Positions 19,388 to 29,620 of a stretch of 64,000 nt of DNA are shown in pieces. The notes under the pieces are model-generated. The model did no database searches. It was not told where the DNA came from and saw only the letters and a program-made list of their open reading frames with translations. Source of the DNA: an uncultured Flavobacteriaceae bacterium (GTDB lineage Bacteria > Bacteroidota > Bacteroidia > Flavobacteriales > Flavobacteriaceae); contig CASIBD010000001.1 of the NCBI GenBank assembly GCA_949372825.1, positions 22,249-86,248 of the forward strand, read 5' to 3'. How positions within the stretch are numbered: position 1 is the stretch's first letter; every line of letters begins with the position of its first letter. The translations under genes and the position numbers were made by a program.

Positions 19388-22300
19388 ATGAAAAAACTAT
19401 CTCTTATTCTAACTTTTTTATTCATCTCTACAATTACTTACGGACAAACAACGTTTAATAACGGAGATGGCGATAATAAATGGTCCACTGCAGCCAATTG
19501 GACTAACGGAATTCCTAATGCAGCTAACGCAAAAGCTAAAATTGCAGCTGCTTCTGTAATTGTCGATGGGGATTATACTGTAGGTCAAATTATATTTGTA
19601 AATGCAGCCGCTGGAGGTCAAAAAGTCATAACTTTTACTAATGCAAATAATGGTACTTTAACAATTACTGGAAAAGGAGTATCACAGCCAGTGCAGTTAA
19701 ATAGAAACCCTCAACATGCTATTTTTAATCTTCCAGTTATTTTCGATTCATCGGAAAATAAAACTGAAACTTGGCGTTTTAATAGTGGAAATGAAAAAAT
19801 TACATTTGGTGAAGGTCATAGTTTAACTGTAAATGATGAAATGGTATTCACTGCAAAAACTAATACTTCTTCAATTATTTTTAATGGAACAAACACAGGA
19901 GTTGGAAATTTAAAATTTGGAACAGCATCTAATGTTAAATTCGGTTCAACTTACGACGGTTCTTCCTATTCAGGTACGATGATTGTCGCTGGTGATAACA
20001 CAACAACTGCTAAAGTTACCTTAACTTCAGATGTAGCTGACGCAGGAACCTTTCTTAAATCTGGTGCCTCAATTAGTGTTGTAAAAAATGGGGGGACGAT
20101 CAATGTTAATGGAAAAAACACTTTAAAAGGTGATATATCTCTTACAGCTGCTTTTAAGGTTGCTTTAAATATTAATAAGAATCAATCAGCTATTGGTACT
20201 ATTACCATGGGAAGCGGAACATTAAATTTAGCATTAGCTACAGATGTAACATCAGCTGCTTTTGCAGATAACTCATCAGCAGATTGGGGAACAGGATCAC
20301 TAGTTATTACTGGTGCTGGAGATCAAGAGGTTTCTTTTGGAACAACTGCAAACGGAATAACAGCAGATCAACTTGCTCAAATTACTCTTAACGGATCTAC
20401 ACCACTTATTAATTCCACAGGTAAACTTATTGGATCTTCTATTGCAGTATCCACTTTTAATAATGCAGGTGGAGATAATCTATGGTCAAATGCTGCCAAT
20501 TGGTCAGCAGGAATTCCCAATGATGACACTGCTAAAGTGACCGTTGATTCGGATCTTATTGTTGATAGTAGTGTAACGGTTGGACAAATTAAAATGTCTG
20601 GTGCCACTTCGGATGCTTCAGTAACTATTACAGCTACTAACAGTTCAGTACTTACTATTACTGGTGCTGGTGTAACTCAACCTATTCAAAATAACAAAAA
20701 GGCATCTAGTTTTATTTTCAATCTTCCAGTTGTTTTTGATTCTGATGGTGAAACGGAAACTTTAAAACTTAATAGTGGAGGAGATCAACAAATCACATTT
20801 TCAAGTTCTTTAACTTTAAATGATCCTCTTACAGTAACTGGTGTAAATAAACTTCATGATTTAAATTTAAATGGATCTTTACTGGGTGCAGGTAATTTAA
20901 TATTAGGAGCTAAGGCACAGGCTAATTTTGGAGCTGACTATGACGGATCTTCACATACTGGTGATATTATTGTTGCTGGAACAGGAACAAATAATGATAA
21001 CTTGATTACTTCGAATGTTTCTGATGATGGTACTTTACTAGCTTCTGGAAATCAAATTGACGTTCAAGGAGCTGGCGCAAAAATTATTATTAACGGAGCA
21101 AATACATTAAAAGGAAATATTGCAGTTGGAGATAGTGATCCAACTTTGACTATAAATAAAAATCAATCGGCTTTAGGAACTATCACAATGGGGACTGGAA
21201 CTTTAAATCTAGCATTAGCTGCAGATGTAACATCAGCTGCTTTTGCAGATAACTCATCAGCGGACTGGGGAACTGGATCACTTGTTATTACAGGTGCTGC
21301 AGATAATGAAGTTTCTTTTGGAACAACTGCAGCCGGAATAACAGCTGCTCAACTTGCTCAAATCACAATGTCTGGAAGTCAAGTGTTAATAAGTGATACA
21401 GGGAAAATCTCTGTAAAGGAAGTTGCAGTATCTACTTTTAATAATGCAGGTGGAGATAATTTGTGGTCTAATGCTTCTAACTGGTCAGCAGGAATTCCCA
21501 ATGTTGACAGCGCTAAGGTGACTGTTGATTCGGATCTTATTGTTGATAGTAGTGTAACGGTTGGACAAATTAAAATGTCTGGTGCCACTTCGGATGCTTC
21601 AGTAACTATTACAGCTACTAACAGTTCAGTACTTACTATTACTGGTGCTGGTGTAACTCAACCTATTCAAAATAATAAAAAGGCTTCTAGTTTTATTTTC
21701 AATCTTCCAGTTGTTTTTGATTCTGAAGGTGGAGCTGAAACTTTAAGACTTAATAGTGGAGGAGATCAACAAATCACATTTTCAAGTTCTTTAACTTTAA
21801 ATGATCCTCTTACAGTTACAGGTGCTAATAAACTTCATGATTTAAATTTAAACGGATCATTACTGGGTGCAGGAAATTTAAAGTTAGGAAGCAAGGTTCA
21901 AGCTAATTTTGGAGCTAGCTACGACGGATCTGCACATACTGGTGATATTATTGTTGCTGGAACAGGAAATAATAATGATAACTTGATTACTTCAAATGTT
22001 TCTGACGATGGTACTTTATTAGCTTCCGGAAATAAAATTGACGTTCAAGGAGCTGGCGCAAAAATCATTATTAACGGCGCAAATACATTAAAAGGAAATA
22101 TCAAAACAGGAAATAACGATCAAACTTTAACTATCAATGCCAATCAATCAACTGTAGAAACCATTACAATGGGAACTGGAACATTAAATCTAGTATTAGC
22201 TGCAGATGTAACATCATTGGCTTTTGCAGAAAACTCATCAGCCGGCTGGGGAACAGGATCACTTACTATTACTGGAGCCGGAGTTAATGAAGTTTCTTTT

Positions 22301-23767
22301 GGAACAACTGCAGCCGGAATAACAGCAGATCAGCTTGCTCAAATCACAATGGATGGATTTTCTGCCACAATTAATTCATCTGGACAGATTAACAGTAATG
22401 TTGCACCAGTAGCAGTTGACGATATACTAACTGTTAATGAAGATGCTACCGTTACATCAAAAGATGTGATAGCTAACGATACTGATGCAGATGCTGATAC
22501 TCTTACTTTGACAGCAGCTACAACTGCTGGAACGGGAACTGTAGCAGTAAACGCAGATGGAGTGTCAGTTGACTACACACCAGCAGCTAATTTCAATGGA
22601 GCTGAGACGATTACCTATACTGTTTCCGACGGTGAAAGAACAGATGCTTCGGGAACTTTAACTGTAACAGTAACACCTGTAAACGATTCACCTGTTTCTG
22701 CAGCTCAATCTGTAACAACTGTTGAAGATATTTCTGTTGAAATTACTTTATCTGGAAGCGATATTGATGGAGACACTTTAACTTATGAAATTGTAACTAA
22801 TTCATTAAATGGTACAGTTACATTATCAGACAATAAAGCGAGTTATTTACCTAATTCTGGATACTTTGGAGCAGATAGTTTTACATATAAAATAAATGAT
22901 GGAACTGAAGATAGTTCTGTCGAAACTATTTCGATTACAGTAACAAGTAACGACTTTGATGAAGATGGAATTTTGAATCAAAATGACGACTGCCCTGACA
23001 CTCCTGAAGGAACAGTAGTTGATTACAAAGGATGTCCAACATTTGTTCTTCCAGAAAACAATAATAAAGTAGAAATCACAAGTGCTACTTGTATAGGATA
23101 CAACGATGGGTCGATTGGATTAAGCGTAGTTGACACATCACATGATTATACTATAACTATAACAGGAAAACCTGATGTTACTATAGCAGGAAATAACGAT
23201 AAAGCTTCAGTTACTGGATTATCTAAAGGTACTTACACAGTATGTTTCAAGGTTGACGGAGAGCCTGAATACGAACAATGTTTTGATGTTCTTATTGAAG
23301 AACCTGATCGTATATCTGCCTACATCGATATAGATGTAGATAACAAAACTAGTAGTTTTCAACTAAGCGGTTCAGATAATTATAATATAGACATAAACGG
23401 TACTGTTTATAATGTTAAGCAAGATAGATTTACTGCTAAACTTCCAACAGGTCTAAATATTATTAAAGTTTACACAGACTTAGATTGTCAAGGAATTATA
23501 GAAAAAGAAGTCTTTATTTCTGAAGAAATTTTGTATTACCCAAATCCAACCATTAACGATGTAAATGTTCATATTTCAGGGATGGATAAAAAAGTAATGA
23601 TAAGTGTATTTAGTGAAAAGGGAGATTTAGTTCTCAGAAAAGAACAGCAAGTTCAAGACCTTTCAAGATTAACCGAAATAGATCTTTCGTTACAAAACAC
23701 CGGAACTTACATTGTTGTAATGGAAGGTAAAACAGTTAGAAAAACCTTTAAAATTATTAAAAAATGA
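19388..23767 (+). CDS. Giant T9SS-secreted surface protein (1459 aa): signal peptide, 3 beta-helix-like repeats of ~330 aa, 2 cadherin-like domains, TSP3-like motif, SprB-like repeat, T9SS C-terminal domain
   Basis: Three units each begin (S)TFNN.GGDN.WS.A.NW..GIPN. VAVDD...NDSP cadherin-like segments. DEDGILNQNDDCPDTPE motif. TSATCIGYNDGSIG motif. C-terminal YYPNPT...KTFKIIKK. Confidence 0.9.
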   Translation: MKKLSLILTFLFISTITYGQTTFNNGDGDNKWSTAANWTNGIPNAANAKAKIAAASVIVDGDYTVGQIIFVNAAAGGQKVITFTNANNGTLTITGKGVSQPVQLNRNPQHAIFNLPVIFDSSENKTETWRFNSGNEKITFGEGHSLTVNDEMVFTAKTNTSSIIFNGTNTGVGNLKFGTASNVKFGSTYDGSSYSGTMIVAGDNTTTAKVTLTSDVADAGTFLKSGASISVVKNGGTINVNGKNTLKGDISLTAAFKVALNINKNQSAIGTITMGSGTLNLALATDVTSAAFADNSSADWGTGSLVITGAGDQEVSFGTTANGITADQLAQITLNGSTPLINSTGKLIGSSIAVSTFNNAGGDNLWSNAANWSAGIPNDDTAKVTVDSDLIVDSSVTVGQIKMSGATSDASVTITATNSSVLTITGAGVTQPIQNNKKASSFIFNLPVVFDSDGETETLKLNSGGDQQITFSSSLTLNDPLTVTGVNKLHDLNLNGSLLGAGNLILGAKAQANFGADYDGSSHTGDIIVAGTGTNNDNLITSNVSDDGTLLASGNQIDVQGAGAKIIINGANTLKGNIAVGDSDPTLTINKNQSALGTITMGTGTLNLALAADVTSAAFADNSSADWGTGSLVITGAADNEVSFGTTAAGITAAQLAQITMSGSQVLISDTGKISVKEVAVSTFNNAGGDNLWSNASNWSAGIPNVDSAKVTVDSDLIVDSSVTVGQIKMSGATSDASVTITATNSSVLTITGAGVTQPIQNNKKASSFIFNLPVVFDSEGGAETLRLNSGGDQQITFSSSLTLNDPLTVTGANKLHDLNLNGSLLGAGNLKLGSKVQANFGASYDGSAHTGDIIVAGTGNNNDNLITSNVSDDGTLLASGNKIDVQGAGAKIIINGANTLKGNIKTGNNDQTLTINANQSTVETITMGTGTLNLVLAADVTSLAFAENSSAGWGTGSLTITGAGVNEVSFGTTAAGITADQLAQITMDGFSATINSSGQINSNVAPVAVDDILTVNEDATVTSKDVIANDTDADADTLTLTAATTAGTGTVAVNADGVSVDYTPAANFNGAETITYTVSDGERTDASGTLTVTVTPVNDSPVSAAQSVTTVEDISVEITLSGSDIDGDTLTYEIVTNSLNGTVTLSDNKASYLPNSGYFGADSFTYKINDGTEDSSVETISITVTSNDFDEDGILNQNDDCPDTPEGTVVDYKGCPTFVLPENNNKVEITSATCIGYNDGSIGLSVVDTSHDYTITITGKPDVTIAGNNDKASVTGLSKGTYTVCFKVDGEPEYEQCFDVLIEEPDRISAYIDIDVDNKTSSFQLSGSDNYNIDINGTVYNVKQDRFTAKLPTGLNIIKVYTDLDCQGIIEKEVFISEEILYYPNPTINDVNVHISGMDKKVMISVFSEKGDLVLRKEQQVQDLSRLTEIDLSLQNTGTYIVVMEGKTVRKTFKIIKK
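19448..22400 (+). repeat. Three tandem coding repeats of ~1 kb (units start ~19448, ~20447, ~21428)
   Basis: Period 981 nt between units 2 and 3. I see no mismatch across ~150 nt (20543-20694 vs 21524-21675). Antisense shadow ORFs 20377..20607 and 21379..21588 share an identical 26-aa start. Unit 1 is more divergent. Confidence 0.9.
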
Positions 23768-24462
23768 TAAAATCATCGAAATACTTTAATTTAACTTTTG
23801 CCCTAATTTTATTAATTGGCTGTACAAGTGAGGATTTAAATATTCCAGGAAAAACAACTTTAATTAGTCCTGAAAATATTCAAATATGCGAAGAAGGCGT
23901 CTCAATTTCAGATACTCAAACTGAAGTTGCTTTTAGTTGGACTAGCTCGCTTTACACTGATTATTATGATTTGAAAATTACAAATCTAAATTCTAATAGT
24001 ATTATCTGGAACTCAAAAAATAAATTTACTAGCGACACAGTAGTCTTAGTCAAAGGTCAACCTTATTCTTGGAGTGTAAATACTAGAAACAGTGAGGTTT
24101 CTGACATAACTAGTAGTGATACCTGGAAATTTTATTTAGGAGGATTAGGGGTGGTTAACTTTGCTCCATATCCTGCAACCTTAAAATCACCTAATAATAG
24201 TTCAACTGTAGAAAGAGATGCAGAAGGTAAAATAACTTTTACTTGGGATGGAAGCGATCCTGATGATGGAGACACTCTAGTTTATACTTTATATGTAGAT
24301 ACAATTGATGGAAAACAAACACCACTGGCCTCACAAACAGGCTTGTCTGTAAAAACCTTAGATGTAGCATTGGTTGAAGGTTCTACTTACTATTGGAGAG
24401 TCAAAACATTTGATGGAAAAAATAATAGCTACTCAGTTGTTCGTTCTTTTAAAACAAAATAG
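23764..24462 (+). CDS. Lipoprotein with two FN3-like domains, translationally coupled to the upstream giant protein
   Basis: Lipobox (LLIGCTSE). ATG overlaps the upstream stop (ATGA). Two beta-sandwich-like halves ending ...PYSWSVNT and ...YYWRVKTFDG.N.SYS.V.SFKT. Paralog of 29594..30337. Confidence 0.8.
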   Translation: MIKSSKYFNLTFALILLIGCTSEDLNIPGKTTLISPENIQICEEGVSISDTQTEVAFSWTSSLYTDYYDLKITNLNSNSIIWNSKNKFTSDTVVLVKGQPYSWSVNTRNSEVSDITSSDTWKFYLGGLGVVNFAPYPATLKSPNNSSTVERDAEGKITFTWDGSDPDDGDTLVYTLYVDTIDGKQTPLASQTGLSVKTLDVALVEGSTYYWRVKTFDGKNNSYSVVRSFKTK

Positions 24463-24515
24463 ATAGAATAATTTATTATTTAAAGTTTAATACATTTACT
24501 TAAAAACTATTTCTC

Positions 24516-27500
24516 ATGAGGTTTAAACTATTCAATTTTATTTTTCTTTTCTTTTTTTTCAATCTTGCTTTTTCAAACGACTTAGCAAATCCTTTTTTAG
24601 CTAATTATTCAATTTCTGTTACGGCTTCAAGTAACACAAATTATACTTTATCTGGAACTGACTTTAACGGAACTGTTTCAGGAAACGATCCAAGTCTTAC
24701 TTTTATTGTAGGCGATCAAATAACATTTAATGTAAATGCTAGTGGACACCCTTTTTATTTAAAAACAGTTGCTGGATCTGGAGATGGCAATCAAATTAGT
24801 GGTGTTACAAATCAAGGGACAACAAATGGTGCAGTAGTATGGACTCCAGCAGCAGCAGGAACTTATTATTACCAATGTGGTCCACACGACAGCAATGGTT
24901 GGAACCATCACTATTATTAAATCAATTTCAGTATCTACTTTTAACAATGCCGGAGGTGATAATCTATGGTCAACTGCTGCTAACTGGTCAGCCGGGATAC
25001 CAAATGTTGATACAGCTAAAGTGATTGTCGATTCTGATCTTACTGTTGATAGTAGTGTAACGGTTGCACAAATTAAAATGTCTAATGCTTCTTCTGACGC
25101 TTCAGTAACTATTACAGCTACTAACAGTTCAGTACTTACTGTTACAGGTGCTGGTGTAACTCAACCTATTCAAAACAATAAAACTGCTTCTAGTTTTATT
25201 TTCGATCTTCCAGTTGTTTTTGATTCTGCTGGTGAAACTGAAACTTTAAGACTTAATAGTGGAGGAGACCAACAAATCACATTTTTAAGTTCTTTGACTT
25301 TAAATGATGAACTAACCGTTTCAGGAAAAAACAAACTTCACGATTTAAATTTAGATGGATCTTTACTTGGTGCGGGGAATTTAAAGTTCGGATCTAAGGT
25401 TCAAGCTAATTTTGGAGCTAGCTACGATGGATCTTCACACACTGGAGATATTATTGTTGCTGGAACAGGAACAGATAATGATAACTTGATTACTTCGAAT
25501 GTTTCTGACGATGGTACCTTACTAGCTTCTGGAAATCAAATTGACGTTCAAGGAGCTGGCGCGAAAATTATCGTTAACGGAGCAAATACATTAAATGGAA
25601 ATATTACAATTGGTGACAACGATCCAACATTAACTGTTAATGCCAATCAATCGGCTATTGGTACAATTACAATGGGAGCTGGAACTTTAAATCTAGCATT
25701 AGCTGCAGACGTCACGTCAGCTGCTTTTGTAGATAACTCGTCAGCTGACTGGGGAACAGGATCACTTGTTATTACAGGTGCTGCAAACAATGTGGTTTCT
25801 TTTGGAACTGATGCAAACGGTATAACAGCAGCTCAACTTGCTCAAATAACAATTAGTGATGGAGGAGCTGTTATTAATGCTTCAGGTCAAATTTCTGCCG
25901 CTACTTCGTCTGCTTTAGTTACTACATTTAACAATGCAGGTGGAGATAATCTATGGTCAAATTCTGCCAATTGGTCAAACGGAATTCCAACTGATAATAA
26001 TTCCAAGGTGACTGTTGATGCGGATCTTATTGTTGATAGTAGTGTAACGGTTGGACAAATTAAAAATGCTAGTGCTACATCAGCTGATTCAGTAACTATT
26101 ACAGCTACTAACAGTTCAGTGCTTACTGTTACAGGTGCTGGTGTAACTCAACCTATTCAAAATAATAAAAAGTCATCTAGTCTTATTTTTAATCTTCCAG
26201 TTGTTTTTGATTCTGAAGGTGAAACTGAAGCTATGAAAATCAACAGTGGAGGAGACGAAAGTTCTGGTTTTGCAAACATCACATTTTCAAGTTCTCTGAC
26301 TTTAAATGATGAACTTACTGTTTCTGGGGAAAATAAAAACCATGATTTAAATTTAAATGGATCTTTACTAGGTGCAGGTAATTTAAAATTTGGAGCAAAT
26401 ACTCAGGCTAACTTTGGAACTAGCTACGATGGATCTTCACATACTGGAGATGTTATCGCTTCAGGTGTGGTTACTGTTGTTTCAAATGTTTCTGATGATG
26501 GTACCTTACTAGCTTCTGGAAATCAAATTGACGTTCAAGCAAATGGTGCGACTATTACCATTAATGGAGCAAATACACTAAAAGGAAATATTAAAATTGG
26601 TGATTATAAACCAACCTTGACTGTTAATGCCAATCAATCAGCTATTGGTACTATTACTATGGGATCTGGAACTTTAAATCTAACATTAGCTACAGATGTA
26701 ACATCAGCTGCTTTTGCAGATAACTCATCAGCGGATTGGGGAACAGGATTACTAGTTATTGTCGGTGCTGGAAATAATGAGGTTTCTTTTGGAACAGATG
26801 AAAATGGTATAACAGCAGCTCAACTTTCTCAAATCACTCTTAACGGATCTACACCAGATATTAATTCATCCGGTCAAATTTCTACTTCTTCAATTGCTAT
26901 ATCAACCTTTAATAATGCAGGTGGAGATAATCTATGGTCAAATGCTGCCAATTGGTCAGCAGGAATTCCGAATATTGATACTGCCAATGTAACTGTTGAG
27001 ACGGATCTTATTGTTGATAGTAGTGTAACGATTGCACAAATTAAAAACAAAGGAACAACATCGGATGCTTCAGTAACTATTACAGCTATTAATGATGCAA
27101 TACTTACTGTTACAGGTGCTGGTGTAACTCAACCTATTCAAAATAATAAAAAGTCATCTAGTCTTATTTTTAATCTTCCAGTTGTTTTTGATTCTGATGG
27201 TGGAACGGAAACTATAAAAATCAATGTAGGTGGAGACGAAAGTTCTGGTTTTGCAAACATTACATTTTCAAGTTCTCTTACTTTAAATGATGAACTAACT
27301 GTTTCAGGATCAAATCTAAATCATGATTTAAATTTAAATGGATCTTTACTGGGTGCAGGGAATTTAAAGTTCGGATCTAAGGCTCAGGCTAATTTTGGAG
27401 CTAGCTACGATGGATCTTCACACACTGGAGATGTTATTGCTGCAGGTGCGGCAGAAAATAGTCTAGTTACTATTGTTTCAAATGTTTCTGATGATGGTAC

Positions 27501-29597
27501 TTTACTAGCTTCTGGAAATTCAATTGACGTTCAAGCAACTGGAGTTATTATCAATGTTAACGGAGCAAATACACTAAAAGGAAATATTAAAATTGGTGAT
27601 TATAAATCAACCTTGACTGTTAATGCAAATCAGTCGGCTGTAGGAACTATCACTATGGGAGCTGGAACTTTAACTTTAACTGTTCCTGAATCTTTAACTT
27701 CATTGGCTTTTGCAGACAACTCATCAGCGGATTGGGGAACAGGATCACTAGTTATTACTGGCGCTGGAAATAATGAGATTTCTTTTGGGACAACTGCAGA
27801 TGGTGTAACAGCAACTCAACTTGCTCAAATTACTTTTAACGGATCCACTCCAGTTATTAATGCTTCAGGTCAAATATCTACTTCTTCAATTTCAGTATCT
27901 ACTTTTAATAATGACGGAGGTGATAATCTATGGTCAAATGCTTCCAACTGGTCAGCAGGAATTCCCAATGTTGACACTGCTAAGGTGACTGTCGATTCGG
28001 ATCTTATTGTTGATAGTAGTGTAACGGTTGGACAAATTAAAATATCTAATGCTACTTCGGATGCTTCAGTAACTATTACAGCTATTAATGATGCAATACT
28101 TACTGTTACAGGTGCTGGTGTAACTCAGCCTATTCAAAACAATAAATCTGCTTCTAGTTTTATTTTCAATCTTCCAGTTGTTTTTGATTCTGAAGGTGGA
28201 ACTGAAACTTTAAGACTTAATAGTGGAGGAGACCAACAAACCACATTTTTAAGCTCTCTGACTTTAAATGATGAACTTACCGTTTCAGGTGTAAATAAAC
28301 TTCATGATTTAAATTTAAATGGATCTTTACTGGGAGCAGGTAATTTAAAGTTTGGAAACAAGGTTCAAGCTAATTTTGGAGCTGACTATGACGGATCTTC
28401 ACATACTGGTAAAATTATTGTTGCTGGAACAGGAACAAATAATGATAACTTGATTACTTCCAATGTTTCTGATGATGGTACTTTACTAGCTTCTGGAAAT
28501 CAAATTGACGTTCAAGGAGCTGGCGCAAAAATCATTATTAACGGAGCAAATACATTAAAAGGAAATATTGCAGTTGGAGATAGTGATCCAACTTTGACTA
28601 TAAATAAAAATCAATCGGCTTTAGGAACTATCACAATGGGGACTGGAACTTTAAATCTAGCATTAGCTGCAGATGTAACATCTGTTGCTTTTGCAGATAA
28701 CTCATCAGCGGACTGGGGAACTGGAAAAGTTGTTATTACAGGTGCTGCAGATAATGAAGTTTCTTTTGGAACAACTGCAGCCGGAATAACAGCTGCTCAA
28801 CTTGCCCAAATTACTCTTGACGGATCTACTTCATATATTAATTCAAGTGGTCAAATCTCTACCTCTTCTTTATTTAATTTACCACCTACTAATAACAAGG
28901 TATCGGTAACTAGTGCGAGTTGTATTGGTACTACTGACGGATCGATTGGACTTAGTATTGAGGATGCTAGTTATAATTATACAGTTACTGTTACAGGCAA
29001 GACGATCCAATTACTTTAGGCGGCGAGACTAAGACGGCTTCAGTGACAGGTCTTGGAACTGGTACTTACACGGTTTGTTTTAAAGTAGACGGACAAGACA
29101 CTTACGAGCAGTGCTTTGAAGTTAACATAGGCGAGCCTAAAGCGTTAAGCGTGTTTATCGATGTGGATAACGACAACAGAACTACTAGCATACAATTAAG
29201 CGGTTCTTCTAGTTACAACGTAGAAGTAAACGGACAGCGTTACAACGTTAAAGGAGATAGGTTTACAACTAATCTTCCTTCGGGACTTAGTATTATTAAG
29301 ATAAGCACAGACTTAGACTGTCAAGGTATAATAGAAAGAGAGATCTTTATCTCAGAAGACATATTGTATTACCCTAATCCAACACCAGGAGACGTTAACG
29401 TGTATGTTAATGGAGAAGACAGTAAAGTAACAATGAGCGTGTTTAGTTCAAAAGGAGATCTAATCTTTACAAAAGAACAAGAGATACAAACGACAAGAAA
29501 AACAGATTTAGACCTGGGTGGTGTTCCAGCAGGTACTTACTTAGTTACTCTTGAAGGACCAACAGTTAGAAAAACATTTAAAATAGTAAAACGATGA
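24516..29597 (+). pseudogene. Second giant T9SS surface protein: signal peptide, cupredoxin domain, 4 beta-helix-like repeats of ~330 aa, SprB-like repeat, T9SS C-terminal domain; frame interrupted twice
   Basis: Three track ORFs (24516..24920, 24877..29019, 29043..29597) are colinear with the architecture of 19388..23767. Break 1 splits the Cu-site loop (YYYQCGPH | TAMVGTITII). Break 2 is a single missing C (GGCCAAGACG at ~1076 vs GGCAAGACG at ~28996). Confidence 0.85.
24932..28872 (+). repeat. Four tandem coding repeats of ~1 kb (units start ~24932, ~25918, ~26899, ~27895)
   Basis: Each unit opens with STFNN.GGDNLWS...NWS.GIP. Unit 4 carries a block (28369-28805) nearly identical to 20921-21357 in the other gene, with about a dozen mismatches by eye. 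Confidence 0.9.
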
Positions 29598-29620
29598 GAA
29601 ACCAGATATTAAAACACTTT
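28915..29620 (+). repeat. Dispersed ~700-bp duplicate of 1003..1705 (SprB-like + T9SS CTD cassette, plus the start of the downstream gene)
   Basis: Side-by-side reading shows under 10 substitutions plus one 1-nt indel over ~700 nt. Similarity decays on both flanks. Confidence 0.9.

Noticed and set aside
20377-21588. Two minus-strand ORFs (20377..20607 and 21379..21588) that begin with the identical peptide MAPDILICPTVTLLSTIRSESTVTLA
   Set aside because: They are antisense shadows of the ~1-kb coding repeats inside the giant plus-strand gene. Their duplication reflects the repeat, not independent genes.
24839-25024. 61-aa plus-strand ORF overlapping the junction of the cupredoxin ORF and the giant ORF
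   Set aside because: It lies in the third frame across the frameshift region and has no motif. The other two frames together give a coherent cupredoxin plus repeat protein.
19448-28872. Regularly spaced ~1-kb repeats considered as a CRISPR array or mobile-element array
   Set aside because: The units are far too long and lie in frame inside continuous ORFs with conserved protein motifs. There are no short repeat/spacer structures and no cas, transposase or integrase genes nearby.
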